A stretch of DNA of 64,000 nt, taken from assembly GCA_004022145.1 (NCBI GenBank), contig RCNU01000007.1. One strand, 5' to 3'. The DNA is from Paecilomyces variotii. Lineage: Eukaryota. A program made the translations under genes and the position numbers. Each line of letters starts with the position of its first letter. The stretch's first letter is position 1. The notes below the pieces were generated by a model, which worked only from the letters and a program-made list of their open reading frames with translations, was not told where the DNA came from and ran no database searches. Below, one piece after another: positions 1 through 12,456 of the stretch.

Positions 1-1830
1 CTTTAATTTCTAAATAATCTTAGTTTAACTAATTAAATATTGCTCTATTTATAACTATAACTCTATTTACTTAAATATTAAAAGGCCTAGATTCTTCTTA
101 GTTAAATCTTATCTTATCTTATTCCTTATAATTAAAATAGCAGATATTATTAAAATTTATTCTCTAATTCTCTAATATTAGCTAATATAAATTATTAATA
201 AAGATTATTTTTCCCTATTTAAATATAATATCTCTTAAGCTTATAATTTCCTTAAACTTATCTCTAATAATTAGTCTAATCCTTAAGATTATAAAACTCT
301 AGCCTATTTCTCTCTTAAGGATTATAATCTCTATATTTAATACTCTTAGCTTATATTCCCTAAAATATTAGACCTATAATCTATATTTATTATAACTATA
401 TAGTACTAACTAGATTAAATAAACCTAGATATTTTATGCAATAACCTTCTAAAAAATATTTTTAAATAAGTTCTTAAGCTCTATTAATCTTTTACTTTCT
501 TTTTTATAATAAAGGGCTATTTTTACTTCTATAATAATATATTATAGCATCTCTTCTACTAGTTTCTTTTTAAAGGATATAATTTAAAAAACCCTATTTA
601 CTTTCTAATAGTTAAAATTCTCCCTTATTATAATATCTAACTAGATATATTAGTCCTATATCTTATTTAAAGTAAAGTCTTCTTTACTTAGATTAAAATA
701 TTTTCTGTCTTTATATTTAGATTTAGGATTCTAATATAGCTTAATATTCTTAATTATACTCCTTTAAGTCCTTAAAGCTATTATATTTTATATTTTTAAA
801 CCTTTCTAGCTATTAGATATTATATTTCCTTTAATACTTATTATAATAAATATACTCTTATTTAATTGCTTCTGCCAGTTTTAAGTAATTCTTTTCTTTA
901 TATTTAAGTTAAATATTTATCTATAATAATATTAATAGACTATAATAATCTATAAACTATTTAATTTTTTTCTCTTCTAGGAGTTAATTTATCTTATATA
1001 GCCTTTTAAAAAGCCTTAAATAATAAGTAATATTATTCTCTTTAAAATATAGTGCCTTAAGATTTCTAGGCATTAGCATCTATAAAGCTAATATAACCTA
1101 GATTAGCTATACTATTAGTAGTCCTATATTTTTAAATACCTAAGTTATTTATATCTTTAGACCTAATAATATTAAAAAACTAAGAGTCCTTCTATTTTAA
1201 CTAATATTAAAAAAATTAGTGCTTTTCTCTATATTTTTTTAAAAGAATAGTAATAAAGATAATAATAAAAAATTCTTCTACTTTTTAATAAATAATTCTT
1301 ATTTAATAATTTTTTATTTTTTTTAAATTTTTACTTCTCTTTTATACTTGCTAAGCTTTTCCTTATATTTAATAGTCTTTTCTTTTTCTTATTATTAATA
1401 TATATTTTTACCTTATATTATATTTACTGTCTCTGCTAATTTAAAAAATATATTTATCTCTTTCTATTTATAGTAGTAATCTTCCTTAATTATTTTATTT
1501 ATTTTTTTATTACTTCTTATCCCTTTTTTTAACTTTAGCCTTAACCTTAGTTTTTAATTCTCCTTTCTCCTTTCTCCCTTATTTCTATTTAATATTTTAA
1601 TACCCCCTATATTTAGCTCTAATTTATTATAAGAAAATATATTAAAACTTAATATAGAGTCTTTAAGTGAGTAAATATTAAAAAAGAAGAGAAAGATATT
1701 TAGCTTTAGAGCTTAAAGTAGAGCTAAAAAAAAAGCTTTAGCTATAAACTAATATAATAAACTAATAATAATTTAATACTAAACTAATACTAAATAATAA
1801 TAAAAAAAAAGCTAATTATTTTATTCTGAA
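1..1830 (-). mobile_element. RIP-degraded Ty3/gypsy-like LTR retrotransposon relic (gag region); continues beyond window start
   Basis: Very AT-rich, TpA-rich, CpA/TpG-poor. The minus-strand frame from ~1079 reads MLMPRNLKALYFKENNITYYLRLFKRLYKIN*LLEEKKIK*FIDYY. Reversing C>T/G>A changes gives the fungal gypsy gag pattern (MPxPGxPxAPYFxGxNVTxxLxxFExLC...EK..F.DYC). Boundaries are approximate. Confidence 0.6.
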
Positions 1831-1899
1831 TAATTAAAAGGTATCTCCTTACTACTTCTCCCCCTCTCTTGCTTTACTTATAGACTTTTTAAAGACTTT

Positions 1900-3240
1900 A
1901 AATAAAAGTACATAACCTCTTAACTAATTACATTCTTTATACTAATTCTCCCTACTATACTATACTTATTATAATATTTAAAAAAAGAGATCTTATTTTT
2001 AGTATATATTAATAATATCTTAATTAATATAAAATAAATAGAGAATATTTACTAGTTTAAATAAGAGTTTAGATTAATATATAAAATAAAAAACTTAAAA
2101 GAAGTAAAGAAGATTTTTAGTATTTAAATTACTTAGAATAAGAAGAATTAAATATTAATAATAAACTAATCTTATTATATTAAAAAACTCTTATTATAAT
2201 ATAGAATAAATAAGGAGAAGATATACTTAGTTAATATCTTATTAAACAGATATAACTCTTTAAAACTATTTAGCTTTTAAAATAAAAGAATAGATTAAAA
2301 AAAGTATTAAAAGATTATTAATAGCTTAATTTATTTAATAATTTTAATAAGACTAGATATTATATTTATAATAGGTAGATTAAGTTAATATTTATTAAAT
2401 CTATTTAAAAGATATTTTAAGATATTAAAGTCTCTTATAAAATACTTATAATTAATTATATACCTTAGTCTTAAATTTAATATAAACTAAGACTAATAAT
2501 TTATTAGGTATTTAGACTTAGATTATATAATAGATAAGATTAATTAGATATTAATCTTAAAGAATATTTTTATTTTAATTAGCAGTTTAATAAGTTAATT
2601 AAATAAGAAATAAAAGTTTATTATAACTTTAATTATAAAGACTAAATATATAGCTATATATTAAATAATAAAATAGTTCTAATAATTAGCCTTTTTTTTA
2701 AGAGATATAGGATATAGATACTATATTAGTCTAAATAAATTTAAGCTAATAATAAGAGAAGAGTAAGCTTTTATTATTAGCTCTTTAATTAAGGTCTATA
2801 GAGATAATTAAGTATTATTATTATTAATTAGAGATGCCTATATTTATAAGAGGTTAAAATATATTAATATTATATATTACTATATATATAATTTATATTA
2901 AAAAAATAAGATTAATATTAAGTTTATTAGAATATAGGATATAATAATAAATAATTTTACTAAATTATTACTGAAGGTAAACTTCTTAAGATTTTTAAAT
3001 TAATTAAGATTAACTAATTTAATAAATTTAGACTAAGAAAAAGTATTATAAAATAGTAGTTAGGACTAATAATTTTTTATATAACTAAAATTTTATTCTA
3101 AAAAAATCTTTAAGAATAATTTTATTATAGTAAAATTAGGTAGCTTAAAGAAATTATTTCTTAGGCCTTTATAAAAAAAAACTATTACTCTAACTAAGAA
3201 TATATAGATATATTTTATATTTATTATATGTGCCAATACT
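1900..3240 (+). mobile_element. RIP-degraded Ty1/copia retrotransposon 3' part (RT, RNase H, PPT, probable 3' LTR)
   Basis: Plus-strand relic motifs: KNLKEVKKIFSI*IT*NKKN (~2090; KDLGEVKKILGIQITRD), RLDIIFIIGRLS (~2350; RPDIAFAVGRLS), GI/Y.LDLDY...K*KFIITLIIKTKYIA (~2505-2655; GYSDSDY...KQKSVATSTMEAEY), RLKYINIIYYYI and DIIINNFTKLL (~2850-2970; RSKHIDVAYHYV, DMVADGFTKPL). A purine tract aagaaaaag is followed by tatta at 3044, consistent with a RIP'd GAGGGGGAG-TGTT PPT/LTR junction. Confidence 0.8.
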
Positions 3241-3529
3241 CTTTCTCCCTAAGTATTATTAGCCTTTTAAGCCATTAGATTAGTCTAGGAATTCTATCTG
3301 AACCTATTCTTTTTAACTTACTATAGCTTTATAAGATCTCTATAAAATCTAGTTTTAAGGACAAAATACTATTATAGCTATATAAAGTTCAATATATAGA
3401 CTATGATATTAAAATACTTAATAATTAGTACCCGATATTAGTGTTTTTTTTTTTTAGGGAGTTTTTTTCTAACCACGTGATTTATAATACTTCCCTATAA
3501 CTTATCGACAACTTATCAACACAATTCAG

Positions 3530-3726
3530 GTACCCGATTACTGCCCACATTAACGGCTTATACGATCAGAATATCCCCAAGGCCAATCTAATCTATTCCT
3601 ATCCCGAGGTCGCTATAACTATATACCTGCCGGTCGAAAATGTTATCGAGAACTAGAAGTGTATCTTAGACTCCCTCACGAATGCGAGGGATCCAGTCTC
3701 AGATGCCACGAACTACCAGCCGCCAG
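3530..3726 (+). pseudogene. Orphan exon-like fragment with one premature TAG
   Basis: Bounded by ttcag| at 3529 and |gtgaga at 3727. It reads YPITAHINGLYDQNIPKANLIYSYPEVAITIYLPVENVIEN*KCILDSLTNARDPVSDATNYQPP, with a single TAG at 3654-3656 (plausibly TGG>TAG). No family recognised. Confidence 0.35.
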
Positions 3727-3887
3727 GTGAGAGAAATACGAGGTGCTCTCATCAATATTGGATCTAAGAATTATATACTAATCAATAAAAAAACAAAAAT
3801 ACAGAGAACTACGCAAAAATTCCAGAATCCACTTGTATGACCCGGAGTACCACATATGTTCCATTTCTCACATTCAAAATCCAATAG

Positions 3888-5032
3888 GGTATTATATATA
3901 TCCTCTCGCCGTTCGTTTTTGCACTTCTTCTAGCTGTGCCTCGACTCAAGTTATGGGCGACACCGCTAGGATTCCTGATCATGTGTCTTGCTCTCGCATT
4001 GAGCTCTTTCTCGACGACCACTACACATCTATTGGTCTCTCAGGGAATCGCATATGCCATTGGAGCTAGTCTGGCATACTCGCCCAGTATTCTTTTCATA
4101 GAGGAGTGGTTTGTGAATAGGAGAGGTCTGGCATATGGAATCCAATGGGTCTGTCCACCCTTCTGAACATTGTTCATCGGAATCGCCTAAATAAAATACA
4201 AAAACCAGAAATACTAACACAACTACAAACCATACAGGCCGGAACAAGCGTATCTGGCGTCGTCCTCCCCATATTCCTTCAATGGCTCCTAAACGCCCAC
4301 GGCTTCCGCACAACTCTACGCATATGGTCTATCATTCTATTCATATCAATCGCCCCCCTCCTCTTCTTCTTCAAACCACGTCTCCCCATCGCCCAATCCG
4401 CCAGCATGCGTCCTTTCAACATCCGCTTCCTCGCCAACCGCACCTTCCTCATCTTCCAACTAGGAAACGTTTTCGAAGCACTAGGCTACTTCCTCCCCAC
4501 GATCTACCTACCCACCTACGCCCGTCGCACTCTGGGCGTCAGCAACCTCATCGCCACATTGACCGTCATTCTCGTGAACCGCGCCTCTGTCTTCGGCTGC
4601 GTCCTCATGGGCACCTTAGTCGACCGCTACCACGCCACGACATGTATCCTCATCTCCACCGTCGGGACCACCATCGCTGTATTTCTGCTCTGGGGCTTCT
4701 CGCTATCGCTCGCCCCGCTACTCATTTTCTGCATCGCATACGGTATCTTCGCGGGCTCGTTCTCATCCACCTGGCCCGCGGTCATGAAGGAGGTTCAGAA
4801 GACGAATAGTCTAGCTGAGCCGACGATCGTCTTCGCTTTTCTGGCTGCTGGAAGGGGGATCGGGAACGTGGTCAGTGGGCCATTGAGCGAGAGGCTTCTG
4901 CACGGGTTACCCTGGCAGAATGCTGCTGGGGGTGCGTATGGAAGTGGTTATGGCATTTTGATCGTCTTCACAGGTGTCACTGCCTTTTTGGGAGGATTGA
5001 GCGTTCTGGCGCGGCCGTTCAAATTGGTGTAG
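3888..5032 (+). CDS. MFS monocarboxylate-transporter-like (Mch/MCT) protein, apparently lacking the N-terminal exon(s); possible pseudogene
   Basis: Exons 3888-4148 (GIIYILSPFVF...QGIAYAIGASLAYSPSILFIEEWFVNRRGLAYGIQW) and 4238-5032 (AGTSVSGVVLP...GFRTTLRIWS...LGYFLPTIYLPTYA...GRGIGNVVSGPLSE) are joined by a GT-AG intron at 4149-4237. The usual first TM segments were not found upstream. Confidence 0.8.
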
Positions 5033-8000
5033 GTGTGAAGTCTAATCGGTCGAGTATACGGAGTGAAGCTATATTTGACAATAAATAGTTATGGGTTGAT
5101 AAGGGATCCTGATAATTTTAGAAAAAAGTGGCTTGATTTTTCGTCCTTGTTTTTGCTAATATAATAGTAGATATATCAGGCTCTATATAATCAGCGTCAA
5201 TGCAAATTGTCGATCATCTCTTGTTTCGTCCTTTAGAATTTTCATTTTGAGAATGACCTCTAAACCCCAACTTTCTTAGGAGTTTATTAGTGAGCACATA
5301 GATCGATCTCTTTCACTTCGCATATATAAGTTGGAGGTATTACATTTGTTCACAGTACCCTCAATAGCTTGCAAATCTATAACTTAGCTAGACATACATA
5401 CATAATAAAAAATAATATAATACAAGGAAACAGTCTCCCATAGATAAGCCTAAAATTAAGCTTATCACAACCAATATATGTATTACAACATCACGAAAGT
5501 CCCTACCCCGCTCAGAAGGAGATCTAATCTACTGCGCATACTACCTTATCACCCTTTTTATCGGTGGACCAATAATAAATACCTGTTTGGAAACTTTACC
5601 ATCCTATCCATTACATCATATTACCCGCTCAAATCGCTGTATATACCTATATATCTATCCCATAAAAACAATACCAGGAGTAAATTCATATCACCCCCCC
5701 CCAAAGAGGAAACTATACCCCAGACAGAAACTGATAAAGATAAAGGTGTGGAGAATGCGCCTTTTTTTTTCCCCCCTCGCTGATGGATCACTGGAGTGTA
5801 AGGCGTAGGGCCGCAGTAGTTAGTTAGTAAGTAAGTACTACTGGAAGCTGCTTTGCAGCATACATTAGATGGGCTCATTGTCCCCTCCTTGATATGTCTT
5901 GCTTCATCTATAGGTCACTAAGTAAGTTAATTTGAATTACTCGTTTCTTAGTCTTACTTGGTTAGCTTTGTTTACCTTTTGGGGATCGACAGATCGATTC
6001 CACGTGACCTGCAGATCCGCTCGTATTCAATTCAAAAAGTTCCCGAGATTTTCGATCGGGAGGCCGATGACTTTTGCAGTTCCCGAATATATCAGTCCAG
6101 TATCTACTATGTAGGACATAGAAATAAATTAATTTGGGTATCTTGCATTGTGATTCTCCTATAACGCAATGCGTGCCAGTATGGATTCGACTGCTCACAC
6201 TTTTCAGCGCAAGCAAGAATCTCGGACGGTGCGCTGACCGGCGCATGCAATGCACGTGATGCTGCGCGTTCTTCACCGCCGCCGGTCATTGGAAAACAAA
6301 AAGGCTTCTCCAAGACAGTCCAAGTTCCCCATCCCGACGTGGATAATCACCATTGGGTGCTCGTCTCGGCACATGGCGGCTTCGATGTGATATACATGGG
6401 TTAACTAGTTTATCTGCCCATTCTTATTATTTTATCATGGCTTACCGTGCTATATCTCCCCACGTCGCTGCAACCCCAGAACAAGGTTCAGCTAGGATTT
6501 GTGATTTTTAAGGCAATATGCCCGCTGCCTAGTACAGTACATACTACTATTGGGAGCGTCTGCAAAGACATCTGCACTGTCAGTCCTTGCCGTTATTGTG
6601 GTTTCATCCCCAGGATCCTGTGACCATGCCTGCTATCTATCTGTTCTCTGCAATCAGCGATGTGCCTGAAAGGGCTTCCTCGGTGCTGAGGCGAAGTGCC
6701 AGTTGTCAAGGCTCTAGTCAGGCACCAGTCGAACCCAAAGCTAGGCCAACCTCGACCGTGGAGGGCGAGGATATTGAGTGATCGGTCGGCAAACAGGAAA
6801 CGGTGGATTGAGGGACTTGAACGTGTCCATTTCGACCTCGAGGGGTGGGATTAATTATCAGCATGAGCATATCGTGGAGGATCGGCTTCGACCTCTGGCG
6901 TCCAAGAGCTCGATCGTATAGATATACCTCGTGCGTCATGGAGTTCCAAGTGCATGCAACCCTTCAACCAATAGCTATCACACCAAGGCACCTGGAGACG
7001 CGAGGATGGTAATACTGCAGAGGGCTCCAGAGAGGCTACCAAAAAACAATGATGACCACTGCAGGATTCAGTGCGTTCGCGATGAAACGGGCCTCTTGCG
7101 TCGATAGAGCTTGCCCCTGACGCAGTCATGCATTCTGGTGTTGTGACGCCGGTCCTCCATGATCCCAACTCCGCATTCGCCGATAGATAGACACCTTGCT
7201 GTCGACCGCTGGGTTGAGTCTACCAAAGCATTAATATGACTCATCGCATTTTGCACCAAAGTCCCTCGAGTCGAGGGCGCGTGCTCATCAGTGGATTGTC
7301 AATCCCTGAGCAGGACTCGCACGCACGAATTCGAAGTAGACTGAGAAGGATGGCTCTTTAGTATCTCAATAGAAACACAATGGGGCGAGCTATCGACCCG
7401 GCCATCCGCACATTACTACTGAGGACGCGTGCTCCACCAACCAGGTTCGCCTCAATTTCAGTCTGGGGCGAGCATCGAGGAGGCATGGATGATGTTGGTC
7501 ATATCAAGGACGACCTCGGATGCCTTGCTGCAGGAAACATACTTTCTACCTTAGTGAGCCATGCATCTGGCTTGCAGGCGCAAGATGGAAACCCATCATG
7601 ACTCCATTCGCGGCTATCATGAGAGCTCGAAGAGTGCAGCCATGGTGGGGAGCTGCTAACCAACTAGTTATAGTGTGGTAGACGAGAAGCGCCGGTCTGG
7701 TCCACCGACCCGGATGGCTCCAAAAGTCTGAATTTTTTTTTTCTTTTGTTTTGGTCTTTCCAAAGCGGGTGCTGGTAATTATTACTACTATTCCTCAGGC
7801 AATTTCAGCAAAACATCGGGGATTTTCCATCAGCAAGTCTCTATCTAGAACCAGCGTAGAACGGACTCTCACCGCATCTTGACTCTCTCTCCTCATCTAG
7901 AAGCAGGCGATAAGATGATCTGCATAGGCCCTAGGCAGCATGGAGGGGAAAGCTCGCGACCACCAGCGCCGCCCAACGACCGATCTTTTCGGCACAGCTC

Positions 8001-8526
8001 GTCCACTAGATGGAAATATCGAGCCCGTCCTGGATACCAACGGCCATCCGTTAATTCCGCCGTTTGGACTGCTCCAGGATGCTAGACCAGACTCTGCTAA
8101 GCGGCGCAATTACTCTGACAACAGACCCCCCCGCTAGTCAACATTCACTTGCTCTTCTGGGACCTACTATTATGGTCCTACTCGGTTCCGCGGCCATTTT
8201 CTCTCTGTCTTCCCCCCCCCTCGCGCGGTGCCTGAATTATTTTCTCATCTTCACCTTTTTTTTCTAATCATATCGAAAAGAAATACCCTGACTGTCAATT
8301 GTATCTGAGGCTATCTACTACTTGTCTTTGTATGCGCGTGTTGAGCTTAGGGCGGTTTCCTTGTTCTTGTACATTTAGCAAACTGTAGTCGCCGTGCTCC
8401 CCCACCTTATCGCGCAAAATATCTGCAAGAAGCAAGTCCTCGTTGCGCACGAGGTCTGGTATTCGCTGACGCGCTTCAACTTCAATTGTTTGTTTTTTGA
8501 CGACTGTTACGATTATCACGACCATT

Positions 8527-11500
8527 ATGGCAAATGAAAGTGGAGAAACCATCACTATTTCAATCCGCCGTCCAACCGACACGCCTGCAGTTTTCGTGGC
8601 CGGATCCTTTTCTGATCCTGCCTGGGAGCCCGTGGAACTGAATCCCAAGCCTACAGAAGCAAGTGGCGAGGAGGGAGAGGCATCAGAATATGTCTTCTCC
8701 CATGATTTCAAGATTCCAGAGGGAAAGTATGAGTACAGATTCCGTCTTGGGTCTGACGGACCTTGGATCCACGACGAAGGTCTGCAGACAGGTGCGTATC
8801 GATGCGCTTTCTGAATTGCTGCAATGTATGGGGTCGGATAACCAGCTGACATAGCTTTTTCTTTTGTAGTGACTGACGATGAGGGCCACAAGAATCATGT
8901 GCTCACAGTCAGTGCGCCTGCAGCTGCAGAGGCAGAAGCCAAGGATGAAGAGCCTTCGAACGAGGCCAATGGCGAGACAGCATCTGAAAGTTCCGACGGG
9001 ACAAAGGAAAATGACGAAACGGAAGGCACTGTTGCAAGCACAGTAGAGACTTTCGAGGAGGAGAACCAGACCGTGGAAACTAAGGAGGAGCCATCAGCCG
9101 AAAACGATGTCCCAGAAAATTCTGAAATCGCAGAGCCGGAGAAGGACGCTGAGCCAGCCCCTGATGCAGTAGAGGGTAGCGAAGAGTCAGCTGCAGAGGT
9201 CGCAGCCGTTCATGATGACACCAAGGAAGCGTCGACTGAAGAGGCCAACCCGGAAACCAGCAATGAGGAAGCCCCTGCCGCCGAAGAACCTGCTGCTGAA
9301 GCTCCCGCTACCGAAGAAACCCCAGCCGTTGCTGAAGAACCTACCGCCGAGATTGCAGAACAGCCAGAAGCTAAGGAGGAGCTTGCTGGGGAAGAGACTA
9401 CTGCATCCGAAGAGGCCCCCGCTGCCGAGGAAAAGACAGCTACTGAGGCTGCCGTTGTGGAAGAGCCAGCTGCTGAGGAAGAACAGGCTGCTGAAAAGGA
9501 GGCCCCTGCTGTGGAAGAGCCGGCTGCTGAAGAAAAACAGGCTGCTGAAGAGGAACCGGCTGTTGAAGAGGCCCCCGTTGCTGAGGAAAAGACGGCTACT
9601 GAGGCCCCTGTTGTAGAACAGCCAGCTGCTGAAGAAAAACCGGCTGCTGAAGAAGAACAGGCTACGGAAGAGGAACCGGCTGCTGAAGAAGAACCGGCTG
9701 TTGAGGAAAAGACAGCTACTGAGGCTGCCGTTATGGAAGAGCCAGCTGCTGAGGAAGAACAGGCTGCTGAAAAGGAGGCCCCTGCCGCTGAGGTAAAGAC
9801 AGATGCCGAGGCCCCTGTTGTAGAAGAGCCAGCTGCTGAAGAGAAACCGGCTGCTGAACAGGAACAGGCTAGGGAAGAGGAACCGGCTGCATCAGAAGAG
9901 GCCCCCGCTGCTGAGGAAGAGATAGCTACCGAGGCCCCTGTTGTGGAAGAGTCTGCTGCTGCTGAAGAACTGGCCCCCGCTGCCGAGGAAAAGACAGCTG
10001 TGGAAGAGCCTGCTGCTGAAGAGGCCTCTGCCGAAGAGCCCGCTACTGAAGCACTTGCTGCAGCAGAAACCTCCACGGAAGAACCAGCACCTGAAGCCCC
10101 CGCCGCTGCAGAAGAGACACCCGCCACTGAAACGCCAGCTGTTGAAGAACAAGCTACCGAAGAGGCTCCTGTTATAGAAGAGGCTGCTACTACCGATGCG
10201 ACCCCAGCCAGTGAAGATCCAGCCGAGAAAGAACCAGTTTCTGAAGAAGTACCAGCTGCCGAAGAGGCTTCTAGTGAAGAGCCTGCTGGTGAAAACTCTA
10301 CGGCTGAGGAGACCGTTGCTGAGGAGCCTGTTGCCGAAGAATCAGTTGCTGAAGAAGCTCCTGTTGAAGAGCCTGTCGCTAAGGAGCCTGCTACGGAAGA
10401 ACATGCGACGGAGGAGCCTGCTGCTGTCGAGGAGGTCGCTGCTGTTGAAGAGCCTGCCGCTACGGAAGAACCAGCCGCTGAGGAGCCCGTTGCTGAGGAA
10501 CCTATTGCTGCTGCAGAGACTACTGCAGAGGAGCCTGCCGCTGAGGAGGCTGTCGCTGAAGAGCCTGCTACGGAAGAACCAGCTGTTGAGGAGGCTGTCG
10601 CTGCTGAAGAACCAGGTGCTCAGGAGATCACTGCTGAAGAGCCTGCTGCTGAGGAGGCATCAGTTGCGGAAGAGCCAGTTACCGAAGAACCAGCAGTCAC
10701 GGAGGAAACAACACCTGCTGTTGAACAGGCCCCTGCCAGCGAAGAGCCAGTTGCTGTTGAAGAAAAAGCAGAAGAAGCAGCTCCTGTGCCCGAAGAACCT
10801 GCCGCTGAAGATGCAGTAGCAAAGGAAGTCTCTACCGGGGAAGTCCCTGTTGAAGAAACTGCCGCCGTCGAAGTCCCGGCTGAGGAAGCTCCTGTCTCCG
10901 CGGAAGCCCCTACTGCTGAAGCTCCTGCCGAGGAAGTTGCCACCGTTGAGGAAGCTGATGAACAAGTTCCTGTTGCTGAAGAAAAAGTAGCCGAGGACCC
11001 AGCAGCCGAGGAGGTCTCCTTGGTAGAAGAGACTGCCCATGTTGAGGAGACTACCGTTATAGAAGAAGCCCCGGAGGAAGCTGCTACGGAAGAGGTCCCC
11101 GCCGTTGAGGACGCTCCAGCCCCGGTAGAAGCCGTCGCTGAGGTTCCAGCCACTGAAGAGCCGGCTGTTGAGGAAGCGCCTATCAAGGAAGCTCCTGTCG
11201 AAGAGGCACCTGTTGAAGAAGCGCCTGTGGAAGAGGCTCCCGCTGAGGAGGCACCGGCTGAGGAAGCTCCTATCGAGGAGGCACCGGCTGAGGAAGCGCC
11301 TGTCGAGGAGGCTCCCGCTGAGGAAGCTCCTGTTGAAGGAACAGCTGTGGAAGAGACACCTGTTGAGGAGGCACCCGTTGAGGAAGCGCCTGTCGAGGAG
11401 GCTCGCGCCGAGGAAGCTCCGGTTGAAGGAACAGCTGTGGAAGAGGCACCTGAAGTCGACACAGAACACAAGGAGGAAATAGCAGCGTCAGTAGCGGCGG

Positions 11501-12456
11501 CTGTGGCTGCAGGAGCTGCAGTCATTGGTGTTAATGGTATCCATCATGCTTTCGAGCAGGAAAAGGCGGTTGAAGAGCCTGCTGAAGTCAAGGCCGTACC
11601 GGCGGAGCATGCTACCGTTGCGAAGGATGAACCTATCCAGGAACTCAAAGAGAAGGTCATTACACCGGAGTCTGCTGAGAACACCGAGGCTGTTGCTGTT
11701 GTCCTCGATGCGGCACCGGCTTCATCTTCCGAGGCAAAACCTGCCGTTGCTGAGATAGTCGAGAACGGAATCACTCCATCTAGTAAAGCTGTGGAACTTG
11801 AGACTAAGGTCACACCTGACTCTGCTAACCTCGCCCCCGTTGCAGAAACAACCGTCAATGGAACTAAGCAACAAGAGCCATATATGGCTGCAGAGCCACC
11901 GACCCCTGAGCCCGAGGCTGACCCCGCTCTCAAAGCGCTCCTCCAGGAACGCGAGGCTCTTCTCAGGAAACTCGATCAGCCCTCCACTGATCAGCTATCC
12001 AGACTATCTGTTGCAGGAGAATCAATCAAACCTTCTGAAGAACCAGCAGATGCTGCTCCGTCTACCGAGACGGCGCCGGCAGCTCAGCAGCAGTCGACAG
12101 GCCAGAATTTGGAGGCTCCTTCTGCAGACAATGCTAAATCTAGGTCTCCTAGCGCTGACCGATCTGTTGCTGCCGTCTCATTTACTAAGAGCGATAGCTG
12201 GCTGAAGGCGATCTTGAGATCGATCGTTTTCAACTTCTTTGGTACTATCTTCGCGCCGTTCCGCCGGCGTCGAGGAAATGCCTCCCAGTAAGGATTGCCG
12301 TCTTAGGTTTTTTCCTCTGGACAGCCAGCTTCTCCTAGAGAACCTCTTGTCTGTTGCCTGCCAACACTGACTTGAATCAGGATGTCCCTATTAGTTGTGG
12401 CTATTATCTCTGTTGCTGTCCCCTTGACAGCAGTTGTGTGGCGAGCATACCTGTGA
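8527..12456 (+). CDS. CBM48/AMPK-beta-like glycogen-binding domain + long Glu/Ala/Pro repeat region (Crp1/Mdg1-like, 'PT repeat' type); optional C-terminal TM exon
   Basis: Exon 1 8527-8791 (VFVAGSFSDPAWEPVEL...GKYEYRFRLGSDGPWIHD), intron 8792-8869, exon 2 8870-12287 (NHVLTV, then EEPAAEE/EEAPV repeats). Candidate intron 12288-12380 (gtaagg...ctgac...tcag) leads to exon 3 12381-12456 (MSLLVVAIISVAVPLTAVVWRAYL*). The unspliced form stops at 12291. Confidence 0.85.
9270..11450 (+). repeat. Coding tandem repeats (15-bp EEAPV/EEPAA units; ~90-bp and ~276-bp higher-order duplications)
   Basis: gaggaaaagacagctactgaggctgccgtt...aaaaggaggcccctgc occurs at 9427 and 9703. gaggaagctcc.gttgaaggaacagctgtggaagag occurs at ~11320 and ~11410. 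Confidence 0.9.

Noticed and set aside
5478-5783. 101-aa Tyr/Ile-rich ORF, considered as NUMT or RIP'd exon
   Set aside because: No mitochondrial or other protein recognised in any frame.
9210-11933. Long minus-strand and alternate-frame ORFs (Ser/Ala-rich or Leu/Lys/Arg-rich)
   Set aside because: Shadows of the repetitive Glu/Ala/Pro coding strand.
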